Origin: a virus
Virus genome (UHGV): UHGV-0024034
Strand: one strand, 5' to 3'
DNA: 30,722 bases
The notes beneath the pieces are model-generated. The model did not search any database and had not been told where the DNA came from. It saw nothing but the letters and a program-made list of their open reading frames with translations. A program made the translations under genes and the position numbers. Positions 25,953-30,722 of this stretch are shown piece after piece. The first letter of the stretch is position 1; each line of letters starts with the position of its first letter.

Positions 25953-26104
25953 ATTTCCCGCCCGACCTGTCGACCGATGACCTGATGGCGGATATCGCGG
26001 TGATATTCCACTGGCCGCTATCAGAGCTCTATTCCCTGAGCCTGACCGAGCTCATCACATGGCGCGAAAAGGCGCTGCAGCGTAGCGGACACCACAATGA
26101 GTAA
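25617..26104 (+). CDS. E': gpE' produced by programmed -1 frameshift (E+E' fusion)
   Basis: The -1 frame after the TTTTTTG heptamer stays open to a TAA at 26102..26104 and encodes ...DIAVIFHWPLSELYSLSLTELITWREKALQRSGHHNE, resembling the P2 E' extension. Confidence 0.7.
25925..25931 (+). promoter_or_regulatory. Slippery heptamer T_TTT_TTG for the E/E' -1 frameshift
   Basis: Heptamer in the E frame (ggt ttt ttg) 21 nt before the E stop. Confidence 0.65.
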
Positions 26105-28541
26105 TAACCTGAGACTTGAGGTTTTGCTGAAAGCGGTCGACCAGGCGACCCGACCGCTTAAATCCATCCAGACCGCGAGTAAAACCCTGTCGGGCGATAT
26201 TCGCGAAACACAAAAAGGGCTGCGTGACCTGAATGGTCAGGCGTCAAAAATCGACGGCTTTCGTAAGGCCAGTGCGCAACTGGCCGTGACCAGTCAGGCG
26301 CTTGAGAAAGCGAAACGCGAAGCCGGTGAACTGGCCGTGCAGTTTAAAAACTCCACCAGTCCGACCCGCGCGCAGGCGCAGGCACTCGAAGCGGCAAAGC
26401 GTGCTGCCTCTGAGCTACAGACGAAGTACAACAATCTGAGAACGTCTGTACAGCGCCAGCGCTCCGAACTGATGCAGGCCGGTATTAATACCCGCACCCT
26501 TTCTGCCGATGAGCGTCGGCTCAAAACCTCCATCAGCGAAACGACGGCGCAGCTTAACCGCCAGCGTGAGGCACTGGCGCGCGTCAGTGCGCAGCAGGCG
26601 AAATTAGGCCGGGTGAAAGAGCGATATAAATCAGGCAAGGAGCTTGCCGGTAACATGGCCGCTGCAGGGGCTGCCGGGGTAGGTATCGCGACAGCGGGAA
26701 CGATGGCCGGGGTGAAATTACTGATGCCCGGTTATGACTTTGCGCAGAAAAATTCCGAGCTGCAGGCCGTGCTCGGGGTCGATAAGCAGTCGCCAGAAAT
26801 GGAGGCGCTACGCAAACAGGCACGCCAGCTCGGTGACAATACAGCCGCTTCTGCTGATGATGCAGCCAGTGCGCAGATTATTATCGCCAAAGGGGGCGGC
26901 GATGCGGCAGCCATTCAGGCGACGACACCGGTCACCCTCAATATGGCGCTTGCCAACCGTCGCACGATGGAAGAAAACGCCGCATTACTGATGGGGATGC
27001 GCTCTGCGTTTCAGCTTTCCAATGACAAGGTGGCGCACATTGGCGACGTTCTGTCGACGGTGATGAATAAAACTGCTGCCGATTTCGACGGGCTGAGCGA
27101 TGCGCTGACATACGCCGCGCCGGTGGCGAAAAATGCCGGTGTCAGCATTGAAGAAACTGCCGCAATGGTGGGCGCCCTGCATGACGCCAAAATCACCGGC
27201 TCGATGGCCGGCACCGGGAGCCGTGCGGTTTTAAGCCGCCTGCAGGCTCCGACCGGTAAAGCGTGGGATGCGCTTAAGGAGCTGGGTGTCAAAACTTCCG
27301 ACAGTAAAGGCAACACGCGCCCGATTTTTACCATCCTCAAGGAAATGCAGGCCAGTTTTGAGCGTAACAATCTCGGCACCGGTCAACAAGCCGAATACAT
27401 GAAAACGATATTCGGTGAGGAAGCCAGTTCGGCGGCGGCGGTGCTCATGACTGCCGCCTCAACCGGCAAACTTGACCAGCTAACCTCCACCCTGAAAGCC
27501 TCAGACGGAAAAACCGCAGAGCTTGTTAAAATTATGCAGGATAACTTAGGTGGCGACTTCAAAGAGTTTCAATCCGCTTATGAGGCCGTCGGTACCGACC
27601 TCTACGACCAGCAAGATAGCTCATTGCGTCAGCTAACTCAGACAGCAACACGGTATGTGCTAAAGCTTGATGACTGGATCAAAGACAACAAGGAGTTAGC
27701 GGAAACTATCGGCATCATCGCCGGTGGTGCGCTGGCGCTGATTGGTATCATCGGCGGCATTGGTCTCGTTGCGTGGCCGGTTGTCATGGGGATTAATGCC
27801 ATTATCGCCGCTGCTGGCGTGCTGGGTACGGTCTTTACTGTCGTCGGTAGTGCCATTGCGACAGCGCTCGGTGCGATTACCTGGCCGATAGTGGCCGTCG
27901 GTGCGGCGATTGTGGCGGGGGCGCTACTCATCCGTAAATATTGGGAGCCCATCAGCGCATTTTTCTCGGGAGTGATTGAGGGCATCATGAGTGCCTTTGC
28001 CCCAGTCGGGGAAATGTTCGCTCCACTGGCTCCCATTTTTGATGGTCTCGGCGAGAAACTGCGCGGCGTCTGGCAGTGGTTTAAAGACCTGATAGCACCG
28101 ATTAAGGCCACGCAGGAAACGCTTGATAGCTGCAAAAGTGTCGGCGTCATATTTGGTCAGGCACTGGCCTCTGCCTTGATGGCTCCGCTCAATGTTTTTA
28201 ACAAGCTGCGCAGCGGTGTCGACTGGCTTCTCGAAAAGCTCGGCATCATCAACAAAGAGTCGGACAGCCTCGACCAGACCGCCGCCAAAACCAATGCCGC
28301 CACACAGGGTAATTCCTACATCCCGGCAACCAGCACATATGGCGGCTATCAGGCTTATCAGCCAGTTACCGCACCGGCGGGGCGCTCTTACATTGACCAG
28401 AGCAAAAGCGAATACAACATCAATCTGCCGGGAGGTGTTGCGCCGGGGCATCAGCTTGACAGACAACTACGCGACACGCTCGAACAGATTGAGCGCGATA
28501 AACGCGCCCGCCAGCGTGCCAACATGACCCACGACTATTGA
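26097..28541 (+). CDS. T: Tail tape measure protein gpT
   Basis: 814 aa; coiled-coil-rich N-terminus and Gly/Ala-rich hydrophobic segments; P2 gpT is of similar size. Confidence 0.9.
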   Translation: MSNNLRLEVLLKAVDQATRPLKSIQTASKTLSGDIRETQKGLRDLNGQASKIDGFRKASAQLAVTSQALEKAKREAGELAVQFKNSTSPTRAQAQALEAAKRAASELQTKYNNLRTSVQRQRSELMQAGINTRTLSADERRLKTSISETTAQLNRQREALARVSAQQAKLGRVKERYKSGKELAGNMAAAGAAGVGIATAGTMAGVKLLMPGYDFAQKNSELQAVLGVDKQSPEMEALRKQARQLGDNTAASADDAASAQIIIAKGGGDAAAIQATTPVTLNMALANRRTMEENAALLMGMRSAFQLSNDKVAHIGDVLSTVMNKTAADFDGLSDALTYAAPVAKNAGVSIEETAAMVGALHDAKITGSMAGTGSRAVLSRLQAPTGKAWDALKELGVKTSDSKGNTRPIFTILKEMQASFERNNLGTGQQAEYMKTIFGEEASSAAAVLMTAASTGKLDQLTSTLKASDGKTAELVKIMQDNLGGDFKEFQSAYEAVGTDLYDQQDSSLRQLTQTATRYVLKLDDWIKDNKELAETIGIIAGGALALIGIIGGIGLVAWPVVMGINAIIAAAGVLGTVFTVVGSAIATALGAITWPIVAVGAAIVAGALLIRKYWEPISAFFSGVIEGIMSAFAPVGEMFAPLAPIFDGLGEKLRGVWQWFKDLIAPIKATQETLDSCKSVGVIFGQALASALMAPLNVFNKLRSGVDWLLEKLGIINKESDSLDQTAAKTNAATQGNSYIPATSTYGGYQAYQPVTAPAGRSYIDQSKSEYNINLPGGVAPGHQLDRQLRDTLEQIERDKRARQRANMTHDY

Positions 28542-28554
28542 GGGGGATTAAACG

Positions 28555-29040
28555 ATGATGCTTGCTCTCGGAATGTTTGTGTTTGAACTTCGCACCCTGC
28601 CTTACCAGTCGATGCAGCATTCGAAAGATTATCGCTGGGTGTCCAATGACCGGGTGGGTAAACCACCTGCCTATCAGTTTATTGGCGAGGGGGAAACCTC
28701 TATACAGCTTGCTGGTACGCTATACCCCGCTATCACTGGCGGTTGGATCTCACTTAAGGCTGTAGAGGTGATAGCCAATGAAGGCAGAGCGTGGCCGTTG
28801 ATAGAGGGAACCGGAAATATCCTCGGGATGTATATCGTCGATAAAGTATCGACTACACGCACCGAGTTTTTCAGTGATGGTGCGGCCAGAAAGATTGATT
28901 TCACGCTTTCGCTAAAACGGGTTGATGAATCGCTGACAGAGATGTTTGGTGACCTGAATAAACAGGCCAGTGAGCTTCTCGGCTCTGCCGGTAATTTGAC
29001 AGATAAACTGCAGGGTATGCCCGGAGGTTTCACTGCATGA
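28555..29040 (+). CDS. U: Tail protein gpU
   Basis: 161 aa; position and size of P2 gpU. Confidence 0.85.
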   Translation: MMLALGMFVFELRTLPYQSMQHSKDYRWVSNDRVGKPPAYQFIGEGETSIQLAGTLYPAITGGWISLKAVEVIANEGRAWPLIEGTGNILGMYIVDKVSTTRTEFFSDGAARKIDFTLSLKRVDESLTEMFGDLNKQASELLGSAGNLTDKLQGMPGGFTA

Positions 29041-30206
29041 TAACGGGGATGGCAATTGACGCCGGTGCCAGCCTTGCACCGGCTTTTATGCTGACGCTGA
29101 ACAGTCAGGACATTACCAGCAACTTCAGCGACCGGCTGATTTCTCTCACCATGACGGACAATAGGGGCTTTGAAGCTGACCAGCTCGACATTGAGCTCGA
29201 TGACACCGATGGGAAAGTCGAGTTACCCCTGCGCGGGGCAGTGCTGACGTTGTGGCTTGGCTGGCAGGGTTCGGCGCTGCTGAATAAGGGGGATTTTACG
29301 GTCGATGAGATTGAGCACCGGGGGGCTCCTGATACCCTGACCATCCGGGCGCGCAGCGCGGACTTTCGCGGCACGCTAAATTCCAGGCGTGAAGAGTCAT
29401 GGCACGACACCACCATCGGCGAACTGGTCAGTACCATCGCAAAGCGCAACAAACTGACGGCCAGCATTGCGGAATCGCTGAAAAAAATCCCGGTACCGCA
29501 TATCGACCAGTCGCAGGAATCCGACGCGGTATTTTTGAGTCGACTGGCTGACCGCAACGGGGCAACGGTATCGGTGAAGGCAGGGAAACTGTTGTTTCTG
29601 AAAGCCGGTAGTGCGATGACGGCCAGCGGCAAACCCGTCCCGCAAATGACGCTGACCCGCAGTGATGGTGACCGTCATCAGTTTGCCATTGCCGACCGTG
29701 GGGCTTATACCGGCGTCACTGCTAAATGGTTGCACACCAAAGACCCGAAGCCACAAAAGCAGAAAGTAACGCTGAAACGCAAGCCAAAAGAGAAGCACCT
29801 GCGCGCACTGGAACACCCAAAAGCAAAGCCGGTCAGCAAAAAGACAAAGGTCAAAAAAGAACAGGAAGCACGTGAGGGTGAGTACATGGCCGGTGAAGCC
29901 GATAACGTGCTGGCGCTGACGACAGTCTATGCCTCAAAGGCACAGGCGATGCGCGCCGCTCAGGCTAAGTGGGATAAACTGCAGCGAGGCGTTGCGGAGT
30001 TTTCAATCACACTGGCGCTAGGGCGAGCGGATTTATTTCCTGAGACGCCTGTACGCGTGTCAGGCTTTAAGCGCGTCATAGACGAGCAGGCATGGTTAAT
30101 CAGCAAGGTGACCCACAACCTCAATAATAACGGTTTCACGACGGGCTTAGAGCTTGAGGTTAAACTCTCCGATGTGGAGTACAGCTCAGAAGAAAATGAG
30201 GAGTGA
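29037..30206 (+). CDS. D: Tail protein gpD
   Basis: 389 aa with a basic Lys-rich internal segment; position of P2 gpD. Confidence 0.85.
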   Translation: MITGMAIDAGASLAPAFMLTLNSQDITSNFSDRLISLTMTDNRGFEADQLDIELDDTDGKVELPLRGAVLTLWLGWQGSALLNKGDFTVDEIEHRGAPDTLTIRARSADFRGTLNSRREESWHDTTIGELVSTIAKRNKLTASIAESLKKIPVPHIDQSQESDAVFLSRLADRNGATVSVKAGKLLFLKAGSAMTASGKPVPQMTLTRSDGDRHQFAIADRGAYTGVTAKWLHTKDPKPQKQKVTLKRKPKEKHLRALEHPKAKPVSKKTKVKKEQEAREGEYMAGEADNVLALTTVYASKAQAMRAAQAKWDKLQRGVAEFSITLALGRADLFPETPVRVSGFKRVIDEQAWLISKVTHNLNNNGFTTGLELEVKLSDVEYSSEENEE

Positions 30207-30281
30207 AAAAGCAAACCAAAACTTGCAAATGCAATTTTGAAGTTTATTATTCCCTCAGATACGCCAGCAGGGGAAATAATT

Positions 30282-30500
30282 ATGATGCACTGCCCGTTAT
30301 GCCAAAACGCCGCACATGCTCGCACTAGCCGGTACCTTAGCACCGAAACAAAAGAACGTTATCACCAGTGCCAGAACATAAATTGCGGATGTACATTTAT
30401 CACTTTTGAGACGCTATCAAGATTCATTGTGAAACCGGGTACTGTTGATCCTGCTCCGCCACACCCCATCAGAAACCAACAACAGCAACTTTGGCTTTGA
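30282..30500 (+). CDS. ogr: Late gene activator, Ogr/Delta (186 B) family zinc finger
   Basis: 72 aa from MMHCPLCQNAAHARTSRYLSTETKERYHQCQNINCGCTFITFETLSRFIVKPG, near-identical in pattern to P2 Ogr; the ORF-track start at 30237 is an overextension. Confidence 0.9.
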   Translation: MMHCPLCQNAAHARTSRYLSTETKERYHQCQNINCGCTFITFETLSRFIVKPGTVDPAPPHPIRNQQQQLWL

Positions 30501-30522
30501 ACCTGCTTCGGCAGGTTTTTTT
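30499..30522 (+). terminator. Rho-independent terminator after ogr
   Basis: Stem AACCTGC/GCAGGTT with TTCG loop, followed by a run of seven T. Confidence 0.75.
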
Positions 30523-30541
30523 ATATCTGTCGCCATCGCTC

Positions 30542-30569
30542 CAACCTCTGCCGCCAATTTGCCGCCACC
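30542..30569. repeat. attP arm repeat (candidate integrase arm-type site), copy 2
   Basis: CAACCTCTGCCGCCAATTTGCCGCCACC; see copy 1 at 163..190. Confidence 0.4.
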
Positions 30570-30572
30570 ACC

Positions 30573-30610
30573 AATAAAGAAGGGGTTAGCAATTCGCTAA
30601 CCCCTTGTTT
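30573..30610 (-). terminator. Phage-supplied replacement terminator for the host rplS transcript (hairpin is bidirectional)
   Basis: Perfect 9-bp stem GGGGTTAGC/GCTAACCCC with a 5-nt loop (30582..30604), flanked by T-rich tracts on both strands; lies about 40 nt downstream of the host gene stop on the minus strand. Confidence 0.6.
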
Positions 30611-30644
30611 CATAACACGCTTTGGATGTAGCGCGAATACGTTA

Positions 30645-30722
30645 TCAGTTAAGACGCTCTTTGATACGAGCAGCCTTACCAGTACGCTCACGCAGGTAGT
30701 ACAGTTTAGCTTTACGAACAGC
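30645..30722 (-). CDS. rplS: 50S ribosomal protein L19, 3' end (partial; runs off the window)
   Basis: Minus-strand translation ...AVRKAKLYYLRERTGKAARIKERLN* matches the E. coli L19 C-terminus as I recall it; codon usage typical of highly expressed genes. Confidence 0.75.
   Translation of the reverse strand, partial: AVRKAKLYYLRERTGKAARIKERLN
30647..30659. repeat. attR core, 13-bp direct repeat AGTTAAGACGCTC
   Basis: Identical to 64..76; overlaps the last four codons of the host gene. Confidence 0.75.

Larger units (their letters stand above)
64..30659. mobile_element. P2/186-family (186-like) temperate prophage, attL to attR
   Basis: Complete syntenic P2-type gene set (int, cI, apl, cII, A, cos, Q, P, O, N, M, L, X, Y, K, lysBC, R, S, V, W, J, I, H, G, FI, FII, E/E', T, U, D, ogr) bounded by a 13-bp direct repeat; recognised from memory of P2/186 protein sequences. 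Confidence 0.9.

Noticed and set aside
27638-28466. Minus-strand ORFs of 170 and 180 aa inside the tape measure gene
   Set aside because: Antisense to gpT, which has strong support from position and size.
30237-30281. N-terminal extension of the ogr ORF
   Set aside because: Ogr homology begins at MMHCPLCQ; the upstream 15 codons have no counterpart in P2 Ogr.
1-30722. tRNA, rRNA or CRISPR array
   Set aside because: No tRNA-like or rRNA-like stretches and no regularly spaced direct repeats with unique spacers were seen; the attachment site is in a protein-coding gene, not a tRNA.

Overview
Almost the whole window (about 64..30659) is one P2/186-family temperate prophage of the 186 type, inserted at the 3' end of a host gene whose C-terminus reads as ribosomal protein L19 (rplS). 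It is bounded by a 13-bp direct repeat (AGTTAAGACGCTC) at 64..76 and 30647..30659. Gene order from attL is: int, a small secreted-protein gene, CI repressor (minus strand); then Apl/Cox-like, CII, four small early ORFs including a TraR/DksA zinc finger, and replication protein A (plus strand); a LexA-box-controlled Tum/DinI-like module; a cos site matching the 186 cohesive end as I recall it (8295..8313); portal Q and terminase P (minus strand); then scaffold O, capsid N, terminase M, L, X, holin, endolysin, LysB/LysC, R, S, baseplate V/W/J/I, tail fibre H and its chaperone, an invertible tail-fibre segment with a truncated invertase, sheath FI, tube FII, E/E' (with a -1 frameshift), tape measure T, U, D and Ogr. 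The main candidate for something undescribed is a strongly AT-rich 334-aa orphan gene (8533..9537, minus strand) with an HExxH motif, sitting between cos and the portal gene with its own promoter; I read this as a candidate single-gene anti-phage or abortive-infection effector. Other points worth a second look are a perfect LexA box upstream of a split Tum-like/DinI operon, two 69-bp hairpin-containing repeats, a 33-codon hydrophobic peptide ORF, a CI repressor with a tandemly duplicated HTH domain, and a secreted-protein gene co-transcribed with cI. No tRNA, rRNA or CRISPR array was seen. All coordinates were hand-counted, homology calls are from memory of P2/186 proteins, and composition statements are by eye.
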